64,000 bases of DNA, from the NCBI GenBank assembly GCA_964354665.1, contig CAYHAO010000001.1:13520-77519 (forward strand), written 5' to 3'. Shown in pieces: positions 1-9,275 of the stretch. Within the stretch, counting starts at the first letter, position 1. Every line of letters starts with the position of its first letter. A model generated the notes under the pieces. That model had not been told where the DNA came from. It searched no databases and was given only the letters and a program-made list of their open reading frames with translations. The DNA is from an uncultured Methanomassiliicoccaceae archaeon (GTDB taxonomy: Archaea > Thermoplasmatota > Thermoplasmata > Methanomassiliicoccales > UBA472). A program made the position numbers and the translations under genes.

Positions 1-85
1 ATACCTCTACTAATCCTGATACGAGTCTAAAGAATTGGAAAGAAGATTAGCAGGAGGGGCTCGAGGTCCACCTGCTCCAGGGGGC

Positions 86-652
86 TTAAGCTTGAGTCAA
101 CGTGAACTCAATGCTGAATGCAACCGTGTCACCCTGGATCACGTTGCCGACTGTGGTCGGGATACTCCAGGAGAAGCCGATATAGGTCTCAGCTCCAGGA
201 GCCATGGCCTGGTTGTTCAATGGCAAAGTGGCGTCGTTCATCAAGCCACTGTATAGGACAGTCTCAGACCCATCCACTACCAAGTCGTTATCGGAGTCGA
301 CCCAGAACACGACGTTCATATTCGCGCCGAGCTCACCGTTGTCTGGAAGCGGCTCGGGCTCAGGGGTGGTCCCTGGGCCGTTGACTATGCTTTGGACGAT
401 CACTGAGAGGTTGCCGTTGATGCTGCCTGCATTACGAACCTTGAAGTTGTCAGCGCCGGAGTCACCTGGCTTCACATTGGAGAAGGTCATGCTCTTCGCC
501 ACATTGTCGTTGAGTACGAGGTCCAGCGTTCCGGCGGTCGCGCTGTTGCCAGAACTGGTCTCTATGTCGCTGAAGTATGCATAAACGCCACCGCCCAAGA
601 GGGCTACGGCCAGCATAGCTCCAATCGCCAACATTGCTATCTTTCTCTTCAC
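86..652 (-). CDS. Secreted TasA/camelysin-like protein with SipW-type signal peptide
   Basis: 188-aa ORF. The N-terminus MKRKIAMLAIGAMLAVALLGGGVYAYFSDIETSSGNSATAGTLDL has a basic n-region, a hydrophobic core and the AYFSD-x-E motif typical of SipW-dependent TasA/CalY-family proteins. The mature part is Cys-free and beta-rich. Confidence 0.7.
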   Translation of the reverse strand: MKRKIAMLAIGAMLAVALLGGGVYAYFSDIETSSGNSATAGTLDLVLNDNVAKSMTFSNVKPGDSGADNFKVRNAGSINGNLSVIVQSIVNGPGTTPEPEPLPDNGELGANMNVVFWVDSDNDLVVDGSETVLYSGLMNDATLPLNNQAMAPGAETYIGFSWSIPTTVGNVIQGDTVAFSIEFTLTQA

Positions 653-936
653 CTGTCTACCTCCTGAATATTTTTGTGATTCTATGATTTTCCGAGGAGG
701 CTTTTAAGCGGTGTTACCTAGTTATCATAAGTGATTCTACTGCTCAAAATATACTGGCGCTCATTTTTATCAATCAAGATTCCCTCCAATTGAGCGCAAT
801 ATTGCCTACTGAGATCGAAGCGGGAAGGTCGAAGGCTTTGTCAAGCCCTTGATAAGAGGCCGCATTACTTTTTTTGTGATCTTCAATGGCCATAATAGTA
901 AAGGATTAAGAACACCTGAGCTCGTCCCCACATTGC

Positions 937-1797
937 ATGGGACGGATGACCCCGCTCTATTCGAGGCTCATCAAACGGAGCTTTCATCGCAGGTTCATGA
1001 TGGCCAAGATGACCAAGCTGCCAATAGTGGGACAAGCGATGGAATTCGCCTTCTTCGAGGATGACGACATCATCATTTTGCCAAAGGAGGAGGTGGCCAA
1101 GGAATCCTTAACGAAGTCAAGGACCATCAACATCAATATTGAAGCCCGGCCAGAGAACGTGGTCCTTCCATCCCAGGTGGTGGAGCACTTCGTTCGCAAG
1201 TCCAGGTACGCATATATCATGAATAAATGCATGTGCCGGGACTCGAACCGTTGTGACAAGTATCCAGCCACCTTGGGATGCATCTTCCTCGGAAGGGGCG
1301 TGCTCAAGATACCCCAAGGCATGGGTAGGATGGTAAGTGCCGATGAGGCCGTTGAGCATTTGCGAAAATGTCGCGAGGCTGGCCTCGTCCACCTCATAGG
1401 AAGGGACAAGATCGATGCGGTTTGGTTGGGAACCGGGGCCAAGGAGAACCTTCTCTCTATTTGCTCCTGCTGCGAATGCTGTTGCCTTTGGAAGATGGTT
1501 CCTGAGCTCAATTCGAGCATCAACGCCACCATCAATCGTATGCCTGGCGTGTCGATTGCCGTTGATACTAAGAAATGCCGTGGTTGCGAGACATGCGTCA
1601 AGAAGAACGTATGTTATGTGCAAGCCATTTCCATTCGGGATGGCAAAGCTAGCATCGATGATGCCCTTTGCAAAGGCTGTGGTCGATGCGTGCAATTCTG
1701 CCCTGAGAAGGCCTTCGAGCTTAGGATCGATGATTCTGAGTTCATGCGTCGAACTATCGAGCGCATAGAGCCATTGGTCGACGTGGTCTCCGAATAA
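937..1797 (+). CDS. Cys-rich Fe-S protein with C-terminal 2x[4Fe-4S] ferredoxin-type domain
   Basis: 286-aa ORF with a dense Cys cluster ICSCCECCC, then CRGCETC...C and CKGCGRCVQFCP ferredoxin motifs. The start is uncertain (ATG 937, or MMAKM at 997). Confidence 0.6.
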   Translation: MGRMTPLYSRLIKRSFHRRFMMAKMTKLPIVGQAMEFAFFEDDDIIILPKEEVAKESLTKSRTININIEARPENVVLPSQVVEHFVRKSRYAYIMNKCMCRDSNRCDKYPATLGCIFLGRGVLKIPQGMGRMVSADEAVEHLRKCREAGLVHLIGRDKIDAVWLGTGAKENLLSICSCCECCCLWKMVPELNSSINATINRMPGVSIAVDTKKCRGCETCVKKNVCYVQAISIRDGKASIDDALCKGCGRCVQFCPEKAFELRIDDSEFMRRTIERIEPLVDVVSE

Positions 1798-1954
1798 CGT
1801 CCTCATCGGGCTTGTGCTCATGGTACCCATGCAGACCAAGAGCATAGGCAGGTTGGAGAAGCTCCAGGCTGAGATAGATCTTCGGGGTCATAGCACGAAC
1901 AAAATCAAAATCTTTAAGAGATTTATTTGGTGTTTATGCTAGACCAAAGGTTGT

Positions 1955-2007
1955 GGGGGTTGGCAGGGTATCCCAGCCTTGGGAGAATCCCAGGCATACC
2001 AACCCCC
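1955..2007. terminator. GC-rich inverted repeat between convergent genes (possible bidirectional terminator or structured RNA)
   Basis: Perfect 9-bp arms GGGGGTTGG (1955-1963) and CCAACCCCC (1999-2007). The 35-nt interior contains mutually exclusive TCCCA/TGGGA pairings. It lies 18 nt after the hdeD-like stop and 158 nt after the Fe-S gene stop. Confidence 0.3.
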
Positions 2008-2024
2008 GGTGTTCTTCGGTCTTC

Positions 2025-2603
2025 TTAAGCCTTTGACGACCTCGTTCCGAACGAGTTGATGGCCATCAATGCGCCGACCGCGATGACCAAGAACCCGACC
2101 AGGTATATGATGATGGTCAAGGTCGCTTCGGGGTAGACCGCTATCACTATTCCGAATGCGATGGCGATCAATCCTATCAAAACCCCGACCCACTTCCCAC
2201 CCGTCCCATAGACTGCATGGCTTTGCTCTTTCGGGACCATGAATGTGGCAACCAGTTCGAATATGCCCCAGACGATTGCCCATGCGGCCACTATGTAGAC
2301 GAATATCGTCAGAGTGATGTCCGGGTAGACCAATAGCACAATACCGAGGATCAAATCGATGAGGCCCTTCAGTATGAATAACCACCTGCCACCTTTGGCA
2401 TCTGCGGAGAACCCGAAGATCAGTTCGAAGAGACCTGTTACAATAAGCATTATACCAACGAGCAGGACGATAATCGCCAAAGTCACATCCGGGTAGACCA
2501 AAATGGCGATACCCAGTATGATCAGGATTATGCCGCCTAGCAACCTCCATATCCAACTACTCTTCTTTTTATCTGCCATAGTATTCCCTCTATTTTCTCC
2601 CAA
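2025..2603 (-). CDS. HdeD/DUF308-family membrane protein
   Basis: 192-aa ORF made of repeated hydrophobic units (ILGIAILVYPDVTLAIIVLLVG, LILGIVLLVYPDITLTIFVYIV, AFGIVIAVYPEATLTIIIYLVG) typical of HdeD/DUF308. Confidence 0.7.
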   Translation of the reverse strand: MGENRGNTMADKKKSSWIWRLLGGIILIILGIAILVYPDVTLAIIVLLVGIMLIVTGLFELIFGFSADAKGGRWLFILKGLIDLILGIVLLVYPDITLTIFVYIVAAWAIVWGIFELVATFMVPKEQSHAVYGTGGKWVGVLIGLIAIAFGIVIAVYPEATLTIIIYLVGFLVIAVGALMAINSFGTRSSKA

Positions 2604-2785
2604 GGCTTAACAGGCTTACGCCTGTGCCCTATGTGAACATAGATGACGCATACCTTTATAAAAAAGCTTCGAGCACTACCCAGTTGTGATTATTATAATT
2701 TCTTAGTAGCCGGACTACGTGTTATAACGAACGACAAGGCTTAAGTATTGGAATTAATGTGAGCATCTAGGAGCCTCAGATAAAT

Positions 2786-3118
2786 TTGGGCGAGATAAAT
2801 CACGTAAATCGAAGGTCAGGTAGCAAGAGAAGGAATTTTGAGGAGAAGTTCGTCCAAAAGGACTATGTCCGCGTGCCGATGCTCAACCTCAATCGCCTGG
2901 GGGGTTTCAAGTACGATATCCGGGAGGTCTTCTCGGAATCGAAGATGGACCCTACCTACTCCTCCGCGCTGCTGGCCAACATAATCGCCAAGGCCTCTAG
3001 GGTCTCCACACAAGAGGCGAAGGGTTATGTCCGAGCAGAACAGGAGAAGGGTCTGTTCGAGAAGGCGGTCTCGGATGACATCTGTGCTCTCCTGGACAGA
3101 TATTCTAAGTGGCGTTGA
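2786..3118 (+). CDS. Hypothetical protein
   Basis: 110-aa ORF with a TTG start after an AT-rich promoter-like tract. No recognisable motif, but the composition is protein-like. Confidence 0.3.
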   Translation: MGEINHVNRRSGSKRRNFEEKFVQKDYVRVPMLNLNRLGGFKYDIREVFSESKMDPTYSSALLANIIAKASRVSTQEAKGYVRAEQEKGLFEKAVSDDICALLDRYSKWR

Positions 3119-3164
3119 TCCATTCTTCTAGGCAATAGGATGCGCATCCGACTTGGTCCATCCT

Positions 3165-4565
3165 TCACTTCTTGACCGGCTCGAAGGTTAGCTTCTTGCC
3201 CCTGTGGTCGGCGCCCCTTATGGCGTTGATGGCTTTCAGGGCGACGTCCTTGTGCACCTCGATCACCGAGTTCTGCTCTCCGACTTCAATGTGGCCGATC
3301 GCGAAATCGCTGATGCGCGCCCTCTTGGCCAACAGGTTGGAGAGGTCGGCGCTCGCCATCTTGTCCGCGCGTCCCAGGTTGATCCGGAACTTGATCATGC
3401 CGAAGATGTCCGCCATCTCGTCGAAGTCCCAGACCTTGCGCACCGTGTCCCTTCCTTCGGTATGGGGGACGTCGGCCTGCGCTACGCCCGCCCCGCTGAA
3501 CTCCTTGATGTCCTTGAGGAGGTGCTCCTCCTCGGAGGTGACGAAGGTTATGGCCTTTCCTTCCTTTCCTGCGCGTCCAGTACGGCCAATGCGATGCACA
3601 TATACCTCTGGATTGTCTGGAATGTCATAGTTGATGACGTGGGTGACCCCTTCTATGTCCAAGCCCCTGGCCGCGACATCTGTGGCTATGAGCACCATTA
3701 TCTTCCCCGCGCGGAAATCTTCCAGAACCTTCTCCCGACGCGCCTGGGTCAAATCCCCATGGATGGCCGCTACCGGGTAACCATAGGAGGTCAATGTCCT
3801 CGCAAGGATGTCGACCATCCTCTTGGTGTGGCAGAACACTATGGCCTTGGGTTTCTCCGTATCGAGTATCCGGCAAAGGGCCCAGATCTTGTTCTTCCGG
3901 CCGACGTTGATGTAGGCCTGCTCGGTGCTTGGTAGCACCAGCTTCTCCTCGGAGATGTTGATCTGCTTGGGGTCCTTCATATGCTCGATGGCCAGGTCCC
4001 TGATCTCACCTGGCAACGTGGCCGAGAAGAGATAGGTGTTGCGCTGCTTGGGCAGTTTGGAGATGATGTAGCGGATATCGTCTATGAACCCCATGTCCAG
4101 CATGCGGTCGGCCTCGTCCAGCACTAGGAATTTTATGTTCTTGAGGTCCAAGGTGCCACGCCTGATGTGGTCTATCACCCGACCAGGCGTCCCAACAACG
4201 ATGTCCACGCCCTTCCGCAACTGGTCGAACTGGACTTCTATCGAAGCGCCACCATAGACCGGGATGGTCACCAGCTCCATGAACTCACCAAGCCTGGTGA
4301 TCTCCTCGGAGACCTGGACACCTAGCTCTCGTGTAGGTACAAGAATTAGGGCGCTTGGCGTCTTGCCTTTGCTAATCTTCTGCAACAGTGGAATGCCGAA
4401 GGCAGCCGTCTTTCCCGTGCCAGTTTGCGCCTGGGCCATGACGTCCTTGCCTTCCATCATGACTGGGATTGTGGCATCTTGCACGGGTGTGGGCTCGCTC
4501 CACCCCATCTTCTCGATCGACTGCATTATCCTGGGGTCGATCTGCAATGTCTCGAAACTCGACAT
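3165..4565 (-). CDS. DEAD-box ATP-dependent RNA helicase with DbpA-like C-terminal RNA-binding domain
   Basis: Motifs AQTGTGKT, PTRELGVQ, VLDEADRML, SAT and HRIGRTGRAG, plus a C-terminal FRINLGRADKM...IGHIEV domain. The start is placed at ATG 4565 (MSSFETLQ); the ORF extends to a GTG at 4589. Confidence 0.9.
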   Translation of the reverse strand: MSSFETLQIDPRIMQSIEKMGWSEPTPVQDATIPVMMEGKDVMAQAQTGTGKTAAFGIPLLQKISKGKTPSALILVPTRELGVQVSEEITRLGEFMELVTIPVYGGASIEVQFDQLRKGVDIVVGTPGRVIDHIRRGTLDLKNIKFLVLDEADRMLDMGFIDDIRYIISKLPKQRNTYLFSATLPGEIRDLAIEHMKDPKQINISEEKLVLPSTEQAYINVGRKNKIWALCRILDTEKPKAIVFCHTKRMVDILARTLTSYGYPVAAIHGDLTQARREKVLEDFRAGKIMVLIATDVAARGLDIEGVTHVINYDIPDNPEVYVHRIGRTGRAGKEGKAITFVTSEEEHLLKDIKEFSGAGVAQADVPHTEGRDTVRKVWDFDEMADIFGMIKFRINLGRADKMASADLSNLLAKRARISDFAIGHIEVGEQNSVIEVHKDVALKAINAIRGADHRGKKLTFEPVKK

Positions 4566-4659
4566 TTCACTCACGCTGAACGGACCCACGATTAGGTAGC
4601 TTACCTATATGATTTGCCCCTCGTGGGTGAGCGATCGTGGGGGTGAGAGGCCTTAGAAA

Positions 4660-5139
4660 TCAACGGATCATCTTCACTTGGCCTACCAAGGAGCGCACAG
4701 CATCACGATGGTGGGTCTCGTCTGAGATGAGGTCGTCCAATATCTTCAGCATCCTTTCCAGGTCTCCTTCCTTAATCTTCCCCTTGAGGTCGGACCTCTT
4801 CAACGCGCTTTTGATGGCAGAGTAAAGGTCCAGGGTCAATTGCTCGTACCTCTCCAAATCCAGCAAGGTATCGAATTCGGACTTGCCCCGGAAATCGAAG
4901 GAAGCGGGCGGAAGCTCCGGGGCCTTATAGCCCGCGGGCAGAACGATCATGCCCCGCATCTCCTTGACCCAAACCGCGTGCTTCTCCGAGTCGGAGATCA
5001 GCTCGAAGAGCAGGTCACGATACTTGGGATTGTCCAAAGAGATGTATCCCTCCCACTCCGCCAGCGTCTCGTACTCCGACTCGATCTGCAGGGCTTTGCT
5101 CAGCAGTTTATGCAGCTCTTCCGCATCGCGTATCTGCAT
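4660..5139 (-). CDS. Ferritin-like/rubrerythrin-like four-helix-bundle protein
   Basis: 159-aa all-alpha ORF with acidic/His pairs (ESEYE, DSEKH, DETHH) resembling di-iron ligand motifs. Confidence 0.55.
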   Translation of the reverse strand: MQIRDAEELHKLLSKALQIESEYETLAEWEGYISLDNPKYRDLLFELISDSEKHAVWVKEMRGMIVLPAGYKAPELPPASFDFRGKSEFDTLLDLERYEQLTLDLYSAIKSALKRSDLKGKIKEGDLERMLKILDDLISDETHHRDAVRSLVGQVKMIR

Positions 5140-5262
5140 CAGGGCACCGGAAGGATGGATGAGGGGCGGTTGTATTTAGCAGCTGTGCCCTGGCCCCTCC
5201 ACGTCGATAGAATCGAAATTGGATGAATGGAAGGGATTGGGTATGGGATCTGCTGAGGATGC

Positions 5263-5721
5263 TCACTTTCTTTTGACGGGCTTCTTTCCTTCCTTAAGGC
5301 TAGTGAAGAAGTCGTGGTGCTCCTCCTCGTCCTCCAGGATCTCGCGGAAGATGAAGGCAGTGGTGGTATCGCCCTCGTTCTCAGCATCGCAGATGATCTT
5401 CTTGTACATCTCAATGGCTTCCATCTCGGCCTTGATGTTGTTGTCCACCATCTCCCATAGCTCGCCGCCGACAAGTATGGGCGCGGGCTTGGTGGTCGGT
5501 ACCCCTCCCAGATACCAAAGCCTCTCCGCTATCTTCTCCGCATGCTTCATCTCCGCGATGGCGACGCTCTTGAACTCGTCCGATACGGCGTAATGCTCGA
5601 CCCCCGCCCATTGGACATGCTGCCACATATACTGGACAGAGACCTGCATTTCGCGAGCTATGGCTTTATTTAGCCATTCTAGTAACTTCTGAGACGCCAA
5701 ATCATTACCTCCCTCGGGCAA
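5263..5721 (-). CDS. Bacterioferritin/Dps-like ferritin
   Basis: 152-aa ORF. LNKAIAREMQVSVQYMWQH...AEMKHAEKIAERL...EMEAIEMY...LEDEEEHHDFF matches the ferritin-like di-iron ligand pattern. Confidence 0.7.
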   Translation of the reverse strand: MPEGGNDLASQKLLEWLNKAIAREMQVSVQYMWQHVQWAGVEHYAVSDEFKSVAIAEMKHAEKIAERLWYLGGVPTTKPAPILVGGELWEMVDNNIKAEMEAIEMYKKIICDAENEGDTTTAFIFREILEDEEEHHDFFTSLKEGKKPVKRK

Positions 5722-5806
5722 ATGGCCCAGATGTGGTACTATTCCAAGGGTCCATTAATAAAGCTTATGGAGATTCAGATGAAGGATCCCCCTGACCAGT
5801 GGAGGA

Positions 5807-6967
5807 TTATTTCTTCTCCTCTTTGTCCAAGACTTTGGTGTCCACTGCCGTCCTTGGCATGATGACCTTCCTGCCCACCCACCAAAAGGCCAAGATGGTT
5901 GCGTTCACGGTGGCGAGGATGGTTATCCCGGTGTACCAAAGAAGGGTCTTGGCGTCAAGGCCTTGAATGGAACCGAAGAACGTGGCGATGGTGTTGGGGA
6001 CAAGAAGCGCCGTTCCCAGGATGGTAAGCCAGGCTACGGCCAAGGTCATGCGGTTGTTTAAGGTCTGCAGCTGGTTGTTGTAAATGGACTGGAGGACCTC
6101 GAGGCCGGAAGCGAGCACATCGGACATGTGCTCCGCCAAGGAGATCTGACGATTGACATCCTCGATGAGCAAGCCGACCTTGGTGAGGACCTTGGGATTA
6201 TCGGTGATCACGTCAGCGTCCCCGTAGCGCAACGAGTTGAGCACGTCATTGGTTCGCCACATCGAGTTGAGATATTCGATGAGAGCGTGCTTCATCTCGT
6301 AGATGTTGCGGCCGATCTTTTCCCTGGGGGTGCTGGGGTTGGATAGAATCTCGCTCATCTTGTCCCCTTGATCCTGGATCTCCCTGAGCTGTTCGAAGTT
6401 GCGGTTGTTGTTCTCATCCAAGATTCGGACGAGCATGTTGGTGAGCTTGTCCTCGGACGGCATGTTGTCCGGCAATTTGCGAAGGAAAGTGTCCGCATAT
6501 CGGGAGAATTGTATGAACCTGGTCACGGCCTCGTTGTGCATGGTGAGGATGAGGTTCTTGCGGATGAGCACGATGAGGTTATAGGTACGGATCTCAAGGC
6601 CATGGATGCGGACCGCGGGAATCATGAGGCCTAGCTCCACCTCCCTGTCCTCATAGTTCGAATAGTAACCTTTCAGCAAGGAGGAGACCAGGGTATCACT
6701 GAACCCCAGCCTAGCGGCGACCTCAGTACCATCCTTCTCCAGGTCGGCCACCGCGAAGTTGATCCAAGCGATGTTGCAGGTCTGCACGATTTCCCTGAAC
6801 TCGGACGGGGATTCGCCATAGACCTTGACCGGTTTCTGACCAGAGGCCAGGGCGACGCATACGGCTCGGGGGGTCTGCGAGGGCAGTGGGCCACCGGGTA
6901 GGCTGGCAGCTGCCGGTTCCGTTGCTGATGGCGCGCCCTGTTCCCCATTAGAAGGCTTGCCCTCCAT
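5807..6967 (-). CDS. CorA-like divalent cation channel lacking the GMN motif
   Basis: 386-aa ORF with a CorA-type cytoplasmic alpha/beta and coiled-coil region and two C-terminal TM helices. The position of YGMNF reads TFFGSIQG. The N-terminal 45 aa are Pro/Ala-rich. Confidence 0.65.
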   Translation of the reverse strand: MEGKPSNGEQGAPSATEPAAASLPGGPLPSQTPRAVCVALASGQKPVKVYGESPSEFREIVQTCNIAWINFAVADLEKDGTEVAARLGFSDTLVSSLLKGYYSNYEDREVELGLMIPAVRIHGLEIRTYNLIVLIRKNLILTMHNEAVTRFIQFSRYADTFLRKLPDNMPSEDKLTNMLVRILDENNNRNFEQLREIQDQGDKMSEILSNPSTPREKIGRNIYEMKHALIEYLNSMWRTNDVLNSLRYGDADVITDNPKVLTKVGLLIEDVNRQISLAEHMSDVLASGLEVLQSIYNNQLQTLNNRMTLAVAWLTILGTALLVPNTIATFFGSIQGLDAKTLLWYTGITILATVNATILAFWWVGRKVIMPRTAVDTKVLDKEEKK

Positions 6968-7090
6968 AGACCGATCCCCCTGTCTGAGCCGAGGGTATGA
7001 ATTAGGTTGCTTGAATACTTCGCCCCCGTCTTCCGGAAATCGCGTCTAAAAAAAGTTGATGCCTTGGCGTTGGGAGGTTGAGCTGACCGA

Positions 7091-8161
7091 TCATTTCCTC
7101 GAGTAACGATAGGCGATGTTGCACGAGCCTTCGCGGCTGACCATGCAAGGCCCCATCGGCCTTTTCGGGCTGCATCCCTTTCCGAAGACCGGGCACTGCA
7201 GCGAAGTTATTATTCCCCGCAGCACCTCCCCGCAGCGGCATCCGCCCATCTCCTCCTTGACCGTCGGAGCGGACCTCAGGACGTCGTGGAACTTCACTCG
7301 GGCGTTGTGCGCGTCGAACGCCTTTCGGAGCTCGTAGGCGCTCTTGGGTATCACTGGGAATCCTCTCCAGTTCCGGTCCACCGGCTCGAACACCTTCTCG
7401 AGCATGGCCCGCGCCTTCGGGTTGCCCTCGGCCTTGACCACCCTTGAATATTCGTTCTCGACCTCGTGCCTGCCCTCGGCGATCTGCTTGCACATCATGA
7501 AGACGGCCACAAGCAGGTCCAACGGCTCGAAACCGGCGACCACCTGAGGTATCTTTCGTTCCACGGAGAAGCGGTCGAAGGGCTTGGTCCCAATGATGGT
7601 GGCCACGTGGCCTGGCTGAATCAATCCATCGATCCTGACCTCCCCCAGGCTGAACAGCGCATCCAATGCGGGAGGGAGGAGCCGGTGGCAGCTCACGACC
7701 GAGAAGTTCTCTGGAAGGGGATTGAGCATCACTGCCGCGGTGGTCGGGCTCGTGGTCTCAAATCCGATAGACATGAAGGTCATCTCTATAGCAGTGGGCG
7801 AGAGCTTTATGGCGTCCTCCACGGAGTACACGACCCTGACGTCGGCACCCTTGGCCTTGGCGTCGGCCAAGGAGCCGATGGGGGTGGGGACGGTCATCAT
7901 GTCCCCGAAAACGGCGATGGTGACTCCTGACTCTGCCAGAACGATGGCCTCGACGATCTCCTTGGTCGTGGTCACGCATACGGGGCATCCCGGTCCTTGG
8001 CGGATCTCCACGCCCGTGTCCTTGAGCATGTCCTCGAGGCCGAATCGGACCAGGGTGTCCTGATGGGTGCCGCAGACGTGCATGAATCGTACATTGAGAT
8101 GATACCTGGAAATGGACTCTATGACCTTCTTGGCCGTGGCCTCGTCCCTGAATCTGAACAT
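7091..8161 (-). CDS. hypD: [NiFe]-hydrogenase maturation protein HypD
   Basis: 356 aa with GPGCPVCV, GFETT and PGHVATIIG motifs, and a C-terminal Cys cluster CRCGEVL...C. Confidence 0.9.
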   Translation of the reverse strand: MFRFRDEATAKKVIESISRYHLNVRFMHVCGTHQDTLVRFGLEDMLKDTGVEIRQGPGCPVCVTTTKEIVEAIVLAESGVTIAVFGDMMTVPTPIGSLADAKAKGADVRVVYSVEDAIKLSPTAIEMTFMSIGFETTSPTTAAVMLNPLPENFSVVSCHRLLPPALDALFSLGEVRIDGLIQPGHVATIIGTKPFDRFSVERKIPQVVAGFEPLDLLVAVFMMCKQIAEGRHEVENEYSRVVKAEGNPKARAMLEKVFEPVDRNWRGFPVIPKSAYELRKAFDAHNARVKFHDVLRSAPTVKEEMGGCRCGEVLRGIITSLQCPVFGKGCSPKRPMGPCMVSREGSCNIAYRYSRK

Positions 8162-8536
8162 CTACCTTTCCACCACCTTGAGCGAGGTCACAGCGCAGCC
8201 TTTGCCTTTCGTGACCTCCACCCCAGCACCGCAGCGAGGGCAGGACAGGTTGGGGATGATATGATCTTGACCAACGCCGCTCAAATAATCGACGCCACCA
8301 GCATATCCGCACGAGTGACAGAGCACCTGCACCTTCTCCTCGTCAATGACGAGCTTCGACCCCTCCAATATGGTATCCCTGGTGACGATCTCGTAGGCGA
8401 ACTCAAGCTGGTCCCGGCCGAGGAAGGTTATCTCGCCGATGACCATGTGCACCTCCTCGACCTTCTCGACGTCGTGCCGCTTTAGTTCCTCCAGCACCGC
8501 CTCTACGATGCTAGCCATCACCGATACCTCGTGCAC
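8162..8536 (-). CDS. hypA: Hydrogenase nickel-insertion protein HypA
   Basis: (M)HEVSVMASIVEAV N-terminus and zinc-site CHSCG...CPRCG. The GTG start at 8536 is preferred (the ORF extends to a GTG at 8548). It abuts the hypD start. Confidence 0.85.
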   Translation of the reverse strand: MHEVSVMASIVEAVLEELKRHDVEKVEEVHMVIGEITFLGRDQLEFAYEIVTRDTILEGSKLVIDEEKVQVLCHSCGYAGGVDYLSGVGQDHIIPNLSCPRCGAGVEVTKGKGCAVTSLKVVER

Positions 8537-8561
8537 GCGTCTGGACACGCACCCAGCATTA

Positions 8562-9275
8562 TTATGCTTTAGGGTCCCGCCCCGCGCTCCTACGAAGCTT
8601 CTTCTCGGGCGAGGGTGGACCTTTCAAGCGCGATAAGTAATCGCAATGGAGGGCGACGGGACAGGAGGCGCACCTCGGGTTCCGAGGAAGGCAGATGGTC
8701 TGGCCGAATCGCACGAGCAAGGAGTTGACATCTATCCAAAGGTCCCTTGGCACCGTGCGCATAAGGGCCATCTCCGTTCCCTCGGGATCCTTCGTGCCCA
8801 CTAGGCCGATGCGGTTGGAGATCCTGTGGACGTGGGTATCGACGCAAATCGCTGGTTCATGGAAGGCATATGCCAGGACGCAGTTTGCCGTCTTCCTCCC
8901 GACCATGGGGAGCGATAGCAGCACCTCAATGTCGTCTGGCACCTCGTCCCCCATCTCCTCGTGCACCCGGCGCCCTATCTCCTTTATCGCCCTCGCCTTG
9001 GTCTCCGGGAATCCAGCTGGGCGTATGAGCGGGATAATCTCAGCAAGTGGAGCTTGTGCAATCTCCTTCGGGTTGTTGAACCGCCGGAATAGGGCAGCGG
9101 AGGCCGCGTAGGTATTGGCGTCCTTGGTGCGTTGCGAAAGCACGGTGGATATTAGGACATGGAATGGGTCGGGTGGCCATTCGGACACCTCCTCCCCGTT
9201 CCTACCTGGGAAGACTCCCTCGGGGCACACCTTCTTGACGAGGTTCAAGATGGCTCTAGCATCCTTCATGCGCAT
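8562..9275 (-). CDS. nth: Endonuclease III (HhH-GPD DNA glycosylase/AP lyase)
   Basis: HhH-GPD region LPMVGRKTANCVL and FeS cluster loop CLPRNPRCASCPVALHC. It overlaps the folC 3' end by 20 nt. Confidence 0.9.
   Translation of the reverse strand: MRMKDARAILNLVKKVCPEGVFPGRNGEEVSEWPPDPFHVLISTVLSQRTKDANTYAASAALFRRFNNPKEIAQAPLAEIIPLIRPAGFPETKARAIKEIGRRVHEEMGDEVPDDIEVLLSLPMVGRKTANCVLAYAFHEPAICVDTHVHRISNRIGLVGTKDPEGTEMALMRTVPRDLWIDVNSLLVRFGQTICLPRNPRCASCPVALHCDYLSRLKGPPSPEKKLRRSAGRDPKA

Noticed and set aside
1939-2556. 205-aa minus-strand ORF overlapping the hdeD-like gene in another frame
   Set aside because: The R/H/G/P-rich translation is implausible. The alternative frame (2025-2603) gives a coherent repeated-TM HdeD/DUF308 protein.
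7002-7493. 163-aa minus-strand ORF overlapping the hypD 3' half
   Set aside because: It is an out-of-frame overlap with a clear HypD sequence, with extremely R/G/P-rich translation.
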